Origin: Acidimicrobiales bacterium
GTDB lineage: Bacteria; Actinomycetota; Acidimicrobiia; Acidimicrobiales; DATDAH01
NCBI GenBank assembly: GCA_041908445.1
Contig: JAYRFK010000060.1
Span: 14,772-78,771, forward strand
Direction of reading: 5' to 3'
DNA length: 64,000 nucleotides
A program made the translations under genes and the position numbers. The notes below the pieces were generated by a model that saw only the letters and a program-made list of their open reading frames with translations, was not told where the DNA came from and searched no databases. Numbering within the stretch: position 1 is the stretch's first letter; each line of letters begins with the position of its first letter. Shown here piece after piece: positions 18,270-27,358 of the stretch.

Positions 18270-18886
18270 GGGTCGAGCTCCTTCACGCGCCCCTCGGTCA
18301 CCGCGTAGCGGCGGCCGCAGGCGGCGCAGTCGAGGTCCTCGTGGTCGCCGAGGGGCTCGCCGGGCCGGATCCGCAGCACGGGCGGGCCGCAGCGGCACAC
18401 CAACCCGATCGTCACGGCGGGCACGCCGGCCACCAGGTGGAAGTCGGGGACGTCACGGGTCACCACCGAGCCGGCGGCGACCATCGAGAACCGGCCGAGG
18501 TCGACCCCGGGGCCGATCACGGCACGGGCGCCGATGGTCGTGCCGGCGCCCACGAGGGTGCTCGTGGTGTCCTCGTCGGGGTCCGACGGCCGCAGCTCGG
18601 CCAGGTCCGGGGTGGTCGCCCGGGGGTAGCGGTCGTTGGTGAACACCGTGCCGGCGCTGATCATCACGCCGTCCTCGATCGTGATCCCGGTGCACACGTA
18701 CACGAACGCGTTGATCTTGACCCGGTCGCCGATCTCGACGCCGTAGGCGACGTAGCTCTTCTCCCCGATGATGCAGTCCCGGCCGATGCGGGACGGGCCC
18801 CGCAGGTGGACGTTGTCCCACACCGCCGTGCCCTCACCGAGGACGACGCCGTCCTCGACGAGCGCGCTCGGGTGGACGCGGGCCAT
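18266..18886 (-). CDS. Left-handed beta-helix (hexapeptide) sugar N-acetyltransferase, WbpD/WlbB-like, with Cys4 C-terminal tail
   Basis: Hexapeptide repeats (VHPSALVEDGVVLGEGTAVWDNVHLRG..IGRDCIIGEKSYV..VEIGDRVKINAFVYV..) and a tail CRCG-x20-CAAC. Start ATG 18886 (MARVHPS) preferred over 18919. Confidence 0.8.
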   Translation of the reverse strand: MARVHPSALVEDGVVLGEGTAVWDNVHLRGPSRIGRDCIIGEKSYVAYGVEIGDRVKINAFVYVCTGITIEDGVMISAGTVFTNDRYPRATTPDLAELRPSDPDEDTTSTLVGAGTTIGARAVIGPGVDLGRFSMVAAGSVVTRDVPDFHLVAGVPAVTIGLVCRCGPPVLRIRPGEPLGDHEDLDCAACGRRYAVTEGRVKELDP

Positions 18887-18899
18887 CAACGGCGCACCA

Positions 18900-19946
18900 T
18901 CAGGCGGCGCTGCCGCCACGCGCCCGCGTGCCGACCATCGCGTCGACGGGGGCGGGGACGGGCACCCAGTGGTCGGCGGCCAGCGACGCGTAGGCCTGCT
19001 CGATGACCGCCACCGACGCCAGCGCGTCCTCGGCGGTGATGAGCAGCGGCTCCTCGCCGCGGATGGCGTGGCAGAAGTTCCGCACCGCGCCGCCCATGGC
19101 CTCGACCTTGTCGTAGCCCTTGCCGAACGAGACCCAGTCGGTGCTCGCCACCTGCCGGAAGCTGGAGCTGCGCCACCCCACGCGGATCTCGCCCTCCGTG
19201 CCGAAGATGGCGATGTAGTGGTCGAGGCTCTTGTCCATGCTCCACGACAGGTCGATGCTGCCGATCACGTCCTCGACGGAGCGCAGGAAGACCCGGACGG
19301 TGTCCTCGACCTCGAGGGCCTGGGTGCGCTTGCCCTCCACGGCCATGACCTCGCCGATGGGCCCGAGGAAGAAGCGGGCGATGTCCACCGAGTGGGTGCC
19401 GTTGTCGATGAGGACGCCGCCGCCGGCGATGCGCGGGTCGGCGTTCCACCGCCCCGACATGTCGACGCGCGACGTGAAGGCGTTCTCGAACAGGAGCAGG
19501 TCGCCGAGGATCCCCGACTCCACGATGTGGCGGGCCCGGGTGACGTCGTCCGCGAAGCGGAACTTGGCCGCCATGGTGAGGATGACGCCGGCCTGGTCGG
19601 CGGCCTCGATCATCGTGCGGGCGGTCTCGGCGTCCACCGCCAGCGGCTTCTCGCAGAGCACGTGGATGCCCCGCTGGAGGAACTCGAGCGCGATGGGCCC
19701 GTGGGTCGCCGGCGGTGTGGCGATCACGACGCCGGCGGGCTCCATGGCCTCGAGGAGCGCGCGGTGCGACGAGAACGACCGGGCGTCGCCGAAGCGGCGG
19801 GCGAGGCGCGCCGCGGCGGCCTCGTCCACGTCGGCCACGGCCACGATCTCGACGCAGTCGGACGCGGCGACCACGTCCACGTAGGACTGGGCGATGCGCC
19901 CGGCCCCGACGAGGGCGAGGGGCAGCTTGGACGGTGCGGCGGGCAT
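18900..19946 (-). CDS. Gfo/Idh/MocA-family NAD-dependent sugar oxidoreductase (WbpB/WlbA/GnnA-like)
   Basis: LALVGAGRIAQSYV..., EKPLA motif (HVLCEKPLAVD), GGGVLIDNGTHSVD. ATG 19946 shares 1 nt with the upstream stop (TGATG). Confidence 0.85.
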   Translation of the reverse strand: MPAAPSKLPLALVGAGRIAQSYVDVVAASDCVEIVAVADVDEAAAARLARRFGDARSFSSHRALLEAMEPAGVVIATPPATHGPIALEFLQRGIHVLCEKPLAVDAETARTMIEAADQAGVILTMAAKFRFADDVTRARHIVESGILGDLLLFENAFTSRVDMSGRWNADPRIAGGGVLIDNGTHSVDIARFFLGPIGEVMAVEGKRTQALEVEDTVRVFLRSVEDVIGSIDLSWSMDKSLDHYIAIFGTEGEIRVGWRSSSFRQVASTDWVSFGKGYDKVEAMGGAVRNFCHAIRGEEPLLITAEDALASVAVIEQAYASLAADHWVPVPAPVDAMVGTRARGGSAA

Positions 19947-21163
19947 CAGGCCTCCCGGTTCAGCTCGGCCACGGCGCCGGTCAGCGCGCCGGCGAGGTGG
20001 TCCACGTGGTCGTCGGTGAAGCGCTCGTTCCAGGGCAGGACGAGCACGGAGGACAGGTAGGCGAAGGTGCCGGGGAAGCGCTCCTCCGCGTAGTCGACCG
20101 CCTCGGGACGGGCGAGGGTGAACGGCCAGCGGCTGTCGCCGAAGGTGCGCTGGTCGGCGATCACCTTGCAGCGGAAGGCCGGCTTCTGGATGTACCGGGG
20201 CGCCGAGGGCACCTCGACCTCCCGCAGCGCGGCGGCGAGGGCGTCCGGGCCACCGGGCAGGTGCTCGGGATCGACGTGCAGGGCGTAGCGCCAGTAGACC
20301 GCGGTGTCGCTCGGCGCCGCCTCCGGGGTGACGATGGCGTCGACCCCGGCAAGCTGCTTGGTCAGCCGGTCCGCCGCGGCGATGCGGCGGTCGACCCCGT
20401 CGGCCAGCTTGGCCAGCTGGGCCCGTCCGACGGCGCTCGCCAGCTCGGTGGTGCGGTAGTTGAGGGCGAGGAACTCGTGGTCGGGGTTCGCCTCGCCGTA
20501 GGGCCACGCCTTGTTCACGAAGACCCGCATGCGCCGGGCCAGGTCGGCGTCCGCCGTCACCACGAAGCCGCCCTCACCGGTGGTGATGTGCTTGCCCTGC
20601 TGGAGGCTGAAGCAGCCGATGGCACCGACGGTGCCGACGAGGTCGTCGCCGTGGCGGGCCAGGTAGGCCTGGGCGCAGTCCTCGATGACCGGGATCCCCC
20701 GGGCGTCGGCCAGGGCCATGATCGGCCCCATGTCGCAGGGGTTGCCGAAGAGGTGGGTGACGATGATCGCCCTGGTGCGCTCGCTCAGGACCGCCTCGAT
20801 CGTCGCCGCGGTGACGTTGCCGGTGCGGGCATCGACGTCGGCGAACACCGGGATGGCGCCCTGGTAGAGGATCGGGCTGATGGCGCCCATGTCGGTGATC
20901 GACGTGGTGACGATCTCGTCACCCGGTTCGGGGTCGAGCGCGGCGACGGCGGTGTGCACCGCGGCCGTGCCGGACGCCAGCGCCACCGCGTGGGGCATGC
21001 CGAAGGTGTCCGCCACCTCGGCCTCGAACCGGGGGGTCTGCGCCCCCTTCGTCGCGGTCAGCGTGCCGGACCGGATGACCTCGGTCAGCAGGGCCAGCTC
21101 TTCGTCGCCGAGCGTCCGCCCTGACGCGGCTTGATCTGAGGGGAGTTCCACGGGCGTGCTCAC
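19946..21163 (-). CDS. DegT/DnrJ/EryC1/StrS-family PLP-dependent sugar aminotransferase (WbpE/WlbC/GnnB/ArnB class)
   Basis: FEAEVADTFGMPHAVALASGTAAVHTAV..., IVTHLFGNPCDM, CFSLQQGKHITTGEGG (PLP lysine). Start proposed at GTG 21163; upstream codons are off-composition. Confidence 0.85.
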   Translation of the reverse strand: MSTPVELPSDQAASGRTLGDEELALLTEVIRSGTLTATKGAQTPRFEAEVADTFGMPHAVALASGTAAVHTAVAALDPEPGDEIVTTSITDMGAISPILYQGAIPVFADVDARTGNVTAATIEAVLSERTRAIIVTHLFGNPCDMGPIMALADARGIPVIEDCAQAYLARHGDDLVGTVGAIGCFSLQQGKHITTGEGGFVVTADADLARRMRVFVNKAWPYGEANPDHEFLALNYRTTELASAVGRAQLAKLADGVDRRIAAADRLTKQLAGVDAIVTPEAAPSDTAVYWRYALHVDPEHLPGGPDALAAALREVEVPSAPRYIQKPAFRCKVIADQRTFGDSRWPFTLARPEAVDYAEERFPGTFAYLSSVLVLPWNERFTDDHVDHLAGALTGAVAELNREA

Positions 21164-21197
21164 CCGTGTCCCGTCGGCCGGAGAGGTCCCCGGTTGA

Positions 21198-22340
21198 ATG
21201 GACCGGCGCCGCCACAATGGCCGCGTGAGCCTCGACCACACCGGCCGGGTGGCCGTCGTCCTCGGCACCCGGCCCGAGATCGTGAAGCTGGCCGCCCTCG
21301 TGCGGCTCCTCGGCGACCGTGCCTGGGTGGTGCACACGGGCCAGCACTACGACGCCACCCTGTCCGACGTCTTCTTCGCCCAGTTCGGCCTGCAACCCCC
21401 CACCGACGCCCTCGACGTGGGCGGGCGGACCCGCGGCGCGCAGATCGGCGAGGCCACGGCCGCACTCGACGCCCTCTTCGGCGACGAGCGGCCCACCGCC
21501 GTGGTCGTGCAGGGCGACACCAACAGCGCGCTCGCGGGTGCCCTGGCCGCGAACGCCCGCGAGGTGCCCCTGGTGCACCTCGAGGCCGGGCTGCGCAGCC
21601 ACGACCGGGCCATGCCCGAGGAGCACAACCGGGTGCTCGTCGACCACGTCGCCGACCTCTGCCTGGCCCCCACCGAGACCAGCCGGGAGAACCTCCTCGC
21701 CGAGGGCATCCCCGACGAGCGCATCGAGGTGACGGGGAACACCGTGGTCGAGGCCGTCCTCGAGCTTCTACCCGGCGACGACGAGCGGGCCGCCCTGCTC
21801 GCCGACCACGGCGTGACCCGGGACGGCTTCGTGCTCTCGACCTTCCACCGCCCCGAGAACGTCGACGACCCCGACCGGCTCCGCGTGATCCTCGAGCAGC
21901 TCGTGGCGCTCGACGTGCCGGTGGTCCTGCCCGTCCACCCCCGCCTGGCGGCGCGGGTCGAGGCCTTCGGCCTCGGCGACCAGCTGGCCCGGCTGCGGCC
22001 CGTCGACCCGCTCGGCTACCGGGAGTTCCTCGGGCTGTTCGCGGAGGCGGCGCTGGCGGTCTCCGACTCCGGGGGTGTGCAGGAGGAGGCCAGCGTGGTG
22101 AAGCGACCGGTCGTCGTGGTCCGGCGCTCCACCGAGCGCCCCGAGGTCCTCGGCACGTTCTCGGCGCTGGCCGCCGTCGGCCCGGGGATCGGCGCCGCCG
22201 CGGCCCGGTGGCTCGCAGATCCCGCGGCCGCCCACGCCGAGCTCGCCGCCCTCCCGTCGCCGTACGGTGCTGGCGACGCCGGGCAGCGGTCGATCGACGC
22301 GATGGCGCGCCTGCACCTGATCGCCCCGTCCGGGAAATAG
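21198..22340 (+). CDS. wecB: UDP-N-acetylglucosamine 2-epimerase family (non-hydrolysing; WecB/MnaA/WbpI-like)
   Basis: VLGTRPEIVKLAALV..HTGQHYD...VQGDTNSALAGALAA..VHLEAGLRS...PEEHNR...DSGGVQEEA. An alternative GTG start is at 21225. Confidence 0.85.
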   Translation: MDRRRHNGRVSLDHTGRVAVVLGTRPEIVKLAALVRLLGDRAWVVHTGQHYDATLSDVFFAQFGLQPPTDALDVGGRTRGAQIGEATAALDALFGDERPTAVVVQGDTNSALAGALAANAREVPLVHLEAGLRSHDRAMPEEHNRVLVDHVADLCLAPTETSRENLLAEGIPDERIEVTGNTVVEAVLELLPGDDERAALLADHGVTRDGFVLSTFHRPENVDDPDRLRVILEQLVALDVPVVLPVHPRLAARVEAFGLGDQLARLRPVDPLGYREFLGLFAEAALAVSDSGGVQEEASVVKRPVVVVRRSTERPEVLGTFSALAAVGPGIGAAAARWLADPAAAHAELAALPSPYGAGDAGQRSIDAMARLHLIAPSGK

Positions 22341-22423
22341 TCCTTCAGGCCCACGTTTCGCCCACCGATGACTCGGAGGTCACCCAGCACTGGGACGGGT
22401 GACGGAGCGAAAGAAGGACCGCG

Positions 22424-23728
22424 ATGTCGAGTCACACCCACCCCCGTTGGTCGATCCGCCTCCTGGCACTCGGGCTCATCGTCACCGTCGCCGCCGGCCT
22501 CGTGGCCCTCGGCGGCGGGGTCGGCGCCGCCGGCGCCGTGAGCGCCGAGACGGTGCCCTCGCCCTATGCCGGCGACATCGGGATCAACTCGCACTCGTTC
22601 TGGCTCGGGGCCGACGACGCCACCCGCCAGTTCCGCGACCTGATGGCGGCCGGGGTCACGAGCACCCGTGAGGACATCGACTGGGACCACACCGAGCCCA
22701 GCCGCGGCAACTTCGACTGGAGCCGCAGCGACAACCTCTTCACCGCCGCCTCCCGCACCGGCATCGACGTCCTGGGCGTGCTCGACTACTCGGCCTCGTG
22801 GGCGTCCTCCCAGCCGGGCAACCCGCGGGTGATGCCGGCGAACGACACCGACTTCGCCCGCTTCGCCAGCGCCGTCGTCGGCCGGTACGGCCCGGGTGGC
22901 CGCTTCTGGGCCCAGCACCCCGAGCTCGCGCCGCAGCCGCTCGTCGCCGTCGAGATCTGGAACGAGCCGTGGGGCTTCTGGACCTGGGTCGGCGAGGTCG
23001 ACGCCGCCCGGTACGCCCGCCTGGCCCGGGCCGCGGCGACGTCCATCCGCAACACGAACCCGGACGTCGACATCCTCATCTCCGCCGACCTGCTCGAGGC
23101 CCGCCGCGACGGCCAGATCGTCGGCTGGATCGACAGCGTCCTGCGCGCCGACCCGGGCCTGGACGAGCTCGTCGACGCCTACAGCATCCACCCGTACCAC
23201 TACGGCGGCCCGCGGGACGTCCGCCCGGATCCCCGTTGGGACTACGGCAAGGTGTCGCTCATCCGCCAGGTCACCGCGGCCCACGACGCCAACAAGCCCA
23301 TGTGGATCACGGAGGTCGGGTGGACCACGGCCCCCAACACCGAGGACCACGTCTCCGAGTCGACCCAGGCCACCTACACCCGGCAGGCGATCGTGCGGGC
23401 CTTCGACGAGTGGCCCTACATCAAGCGCTTCTACCTCTACAGCTACGACCGGGACTCGGGGAACACCTCGGACCGGGAGGGCTACTTCGGCGTCCGCCGC
23501 CAGGACGGCAGCTACAAGCCGGCCTGGACGACCCTGACCAACCTCCTGGCCCCACGCACCGTGACCACGTCGACCACCGCCCCGCCGACGACCACCACGG
23601 CGCCGCCGACGACGTCCACCACCACCCCGCCGACCACGACGCCGACCCAGCAGGCCGTGCTCGGCCCGGCGCGGCTCGCCGTGCGGATCCTGGGGCGCAT
23701 CTTCTACTACGACCCCGCCCCGACCTGA
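22424..23728 (+). CDS. Secreted clan GH-A (TIM-barrel) glycoside hydrolase with C-terminal Thr/Pro linker
   Basis: Signal/TM segment (IRLLALGLIVTVAAGLVALGGGVGAAGA). Acid/base motif EIWNEPW and nucleophile motif MWITEVGW. Linker TTSTTAPPTTTTAPPTTSTTTPPTTTPT. RBS GAAAGAAGGA upstream. Confidence 0.7.
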   Translation: MSSHTHPRWSIRLLALGLIVTVAAGLVALGGGVGAAGAVSAETVPSPYAGDIGINSHSFWLGADDATRQFRDLMAAGVTSTREDIDWDHTEPSRGNFDWSRSDNLFTAASRTGIDVLGVLDYSASWASSQPGNPRVMPANDTDFARFASAVVGRYGPGGRFWAQHPELAPQPLVAVEIWNEPWGFWTWVGEVDAARYARLARAAATSIRNTNPDVDILISADLLEARRDGQIVGWIDSVLRADPGLDELVDAYSIHPYHYGGPRDVRPDPRWDYGKVSLIRQVTAAHDANKPMWITEVGWTTAPNTEDHVSESTQATYTRQAIVRAFDEWPYIKRFYLYSYDRDSGNTSDREGYFGVRRQDGSYKPAWTTLTNLLAPRTVTTSTTAPPTTTTAPPTTSTTTPPTTTPTQQAVLGPARLAVRILGRIFYYDPAPT

Positions 23729-23766
23729 TCACCCGGCCGGGACCGGCCGAACCGTCGCCAGCCGCG

Positions 23767-23798
23767 GAACAGCGCGCCCCGCACGGGGCGCGCTGTTC
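23767..23798. terminator. Perfect 14-bp GC-rich hairpin between convergent genes (bidirectional terminator candidate)
   Basis: GAACAGCGCGCCCC-GCAC-GGGGCGCGCTGTTC, followed by GGTTCC. Lies between the stops at 23728 (+) and 23858 (-). Confidence 0.6.
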
Positions 23799-23857
23799 GG
23801 TTCCAGGGTGCTTTGCGAGGTTCCCGGAGGTGTTCGCCCCGCCTCCGGGGTGCGGCG

Positions 23858-24154
23858 TCAGGCGGGCGTGTGGGCGTCGCGGCGGCGCTTGCCCACCACG
23901 ACGAGGCCGGCGCCGGTGACCAGCACCGCGCCGCCCACGAGGGCCAGCTTCTCGGTGTTGTCCGAGCCGGTGCGGGGCAGCTGGTTGCTGACCTGGGCCC
24001 GCTGGACGGAGGTGGGCGTGGTCGACGGCGTCGGGTAGTCCTGCGCCGCCACGGGGCCGGCCACCCCCAGCGTCAGCAGCAGAGCGAGCCCGCCGGCCGC
24101 CACGATCGCCCGGAGCGGGCGAATCTTCGAAAATCGCTCAAGGTGCGAGGCCAT
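23858..24154 (-). CDS. Very small LPXTG cell-wall-anchored protein (98 aa precursor)
   Basis: Signal peptide MASHLERFSKIRPLRAIVAAGGLALLLTLGVAGPVAAQ, then a short Ser/Thr/Pro segment. The sorting signal is LPRTG plus hydrophobic LALVGGAVLVTGAGLVVVG plus KRRRD. RBS AAGGGA lies 9 nt before ATG 24154. Confidence 0.7.
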   Translation of the reverse strand: MASHLERFSKIRPLRAIVAAGGLALLLTLGVAGPVAAQDYPTPSTTPTSVQRAQVSNQLPRTGSDNTEKLALVGGAVLVTGAGLVVVGKRRRDAHTPA

Positions 24155-24312
24155 GGTGACGATCCCTTTGCAGGTCGTGGTCTGTGTTCCACCCAGACCG
24201 TACACCTGCCGCCGTCGTTCCGCCACCCTGAGTGAGAAATTCATTCACCTCGCGCGTTCGTGTGCCGAGGGACCCCGCCTCGTGGTGACCGACCTCCCCC
24301 GCGGCCGGGGGG

Positions 24313-26037
24313 TCAGGGCGTCGTCAGCGGGACGGACTGGCGAGGGGTGTCGAGGTCGTTCCAGCGCAGCCCGTCGGGGCCCCACCACTCGAGCTTGGGC
24401 ACCCGGGCGCTGGGCCCCACCGTGATGGCCTCGACGTCGGGCGGCACGAGGAACGAGACCGTCCACTCGACGGTGTCGCCCTGGGAGAGCACCAGCGGGA
24501 TCGCGAGCACCCGGCTGTCGCCGTCCGGGCCCGCGGCCACGGCCTCGGGCTGGCTGGAGTCGACGAGGGTGGAGTCGCCGGGCATGGTCAGCGCGAAGAA
24601 CCCGTCGTAGCGGCCGTACTCCTCCTCGCCGGCGATGTAGTCGGGCTCCCCGTCGGGCACCTCGTTCGTCACCGTGAGCCGCACCGTGACCAGCGTGCCC
24701 TCGGCCACCGGGCGGGCGCGCACCCGGCCCTCGATCGCCTGGTACTGGTCGAGCTTGTTGCCGCCACGGTTCATCAGCCCCACGAGCACGTCGTGGTCCC
24801 CCACCGCTCCACTCACGCCGGCCTGCTCCCAGGCCCGCTGCTCGGTGTCGTCCTCGGACCACAGCATGAGGTGGCGGCCCTCGACCGCCACCCGCAGCGC
24901 CTGGGCCAGGGCGGGCAGGTCGGGAGCGCTCGAGTCGAACGCCTCGAGCACGGCGCGGGCGATCTCGGCGAGCTGGTCGCGACGGGCCGCCTGGTCGGGA
25001 TCGCCGTAGTACTGGTCGTGCAGGAGCAGCTGCTGGACGTTCTCGGCGTCCACCGTGAGGTCGCCCACGTGGACGGGGCCGGTGGCCTCGAGGAAGGCCC
25101 GGAGGCCGACCACGTCGAGGGCGAGGACGCCGTCGACGCGGACGCCCTCGGCCTCCCGCCACATCCGGGTCGCCATCTCGGCGTTGGCCGGGAAGCGGGG
25201 CGACAGCGCCAGGTTCCGCCACTCGCGGTTGGGGTGGGCGAACCCCCACAGGGCCTCCATGTCGCGGTCGCGGTAGGCGACGCCCTCGGCGAGGTGCAGG
25301 TCGCCGCTCGACTGGAAGTCCGAGAGCTGGAGGCGCCCGCCGTCGAAGTCGACCCGGCCCACCGACAGGAACATGCCCGAGCCCGCCCGCATCTCGGCGT
25401 TGTTGCCCGCCATGACCAGGTACGAGGACGGGCCGTCGAGGACGTCGGCGAGCGAGTCCGCCGCGTCGCGGGTGTAGAGGAGGGCCAGCTCGATCTCGTC
25501 CTTCTGGTCGGCGAACTCACGACGGGCCCGGGCGACCGGGCCCACCAGGTCCTGGTCGGGACCGAGCGGGATGGTGGCCACCTGGGCCGACGTCTGCTCC
25601 GCGATGTCCGCGAGGCGCCGCAGGGTCGTGATCCGGCCCTCGCCGGCGGGGATGTCGCCGCCCAGCACCCGCCGTGCCTCCTCGGCGCCCTCCACGCCCA
25701 CCGCGGTGACCCGGGCGGCGGCGTCGGAGATGGCCGCGAACGAGTCGACCTGCCGGCCCACGAGCGGGACCATGCGCAGCGGGAGCAGCAGCGGTGACCG
25801 GGCGCGGTCGCGGGCCGAGGCGAAGTCGCGCTGCGCGGACCGGATCACGGGCAGGGCGCTGCCGTCGAGCAGGTCCTGGGGGTCGGGGTCCTCGCGGAAC
25901 TCGGCGAGCTGGTCGCTGCCGGTGCGCGCCTCGCGACGGGCCATGGCCAGCCACACCCCGCAGAAGACGAGGTAGGCCCCCACGGCGATGCCGGCGACGA
26001 GCAGGGCCCGCCGGGCGCGCGGGCTGAGGCGCTTCAC
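24313..26037 (-). CDS. DUF4012-like membrane-anchored extracytoplasmic protein
   Basis: N-terminal TM (ALLVAGIAVGAYLVFCGVWLA) and the central motif YLVMAGNNAEMRAGSGMFLSVG, which I recognise from DUF4012 proteins in actinobacterial glycan loci. GTG start. Confidence 0.6.
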   Translation of the reverse strand: MKRLSPRARRALLVAGIAVGAYLVFCGVWLAMARREARTGSDQLAEFREDPDPQDLLDGSALPVIRSAQRDFASARDRARSPLLLPLRMVPLVGRQVDSFAAISDAAARVTAVGVEGAEEARRVLGGDIPAGEGRITTLRRLADIAEQTSAQVATIPLGPDQDLVGPVARARREFADQKDEIELALLYTRDAADSLADVLDGPSSYLVMAGNNAEMRAGSGMFLSVGRVDFDGGRLQLSDFQSSGDLHLAEGVAYRDRDMEALWGFAHPNREWRNLALSPRFPANAEMATRMWREAEGVRVDGVLALDVVGLRAFLEATGPVHVGDLTVDAENVQQLLLHDQYYGDPDQAARRDQLAEIARAVLEAFDSSAPDLPALAQALRVAVEGRHLMLWSEDDTEQRAWEQAGVSGAVGDHDVLVGLMNRGGNKLDQYQAIEGRVRARPVAEGTLVTVRLTVTNEVPDGEPDYIAGEEEYGRYDGFFALTMPGDSTLVDSSQPEAVAAGPDGDSRVLAIPLVLSQGDTVEWTVSFLVPPDVEAITVGPSARVPKLEWWGPDGLRWNDLDTPRQSVPLTTP

Positions 26038-26105
26038 CCCCCACCCGTCGGCCGCGGCCGGCCCGTCAGTAGGGGCCCGTCGGTCGGCCGATCAGCAGGG
26101 AGCGG

Positions 26106-27344
<1,239 letters not shown>

Positions 27345-27358
27345 GCGGGGGTCGCCTT

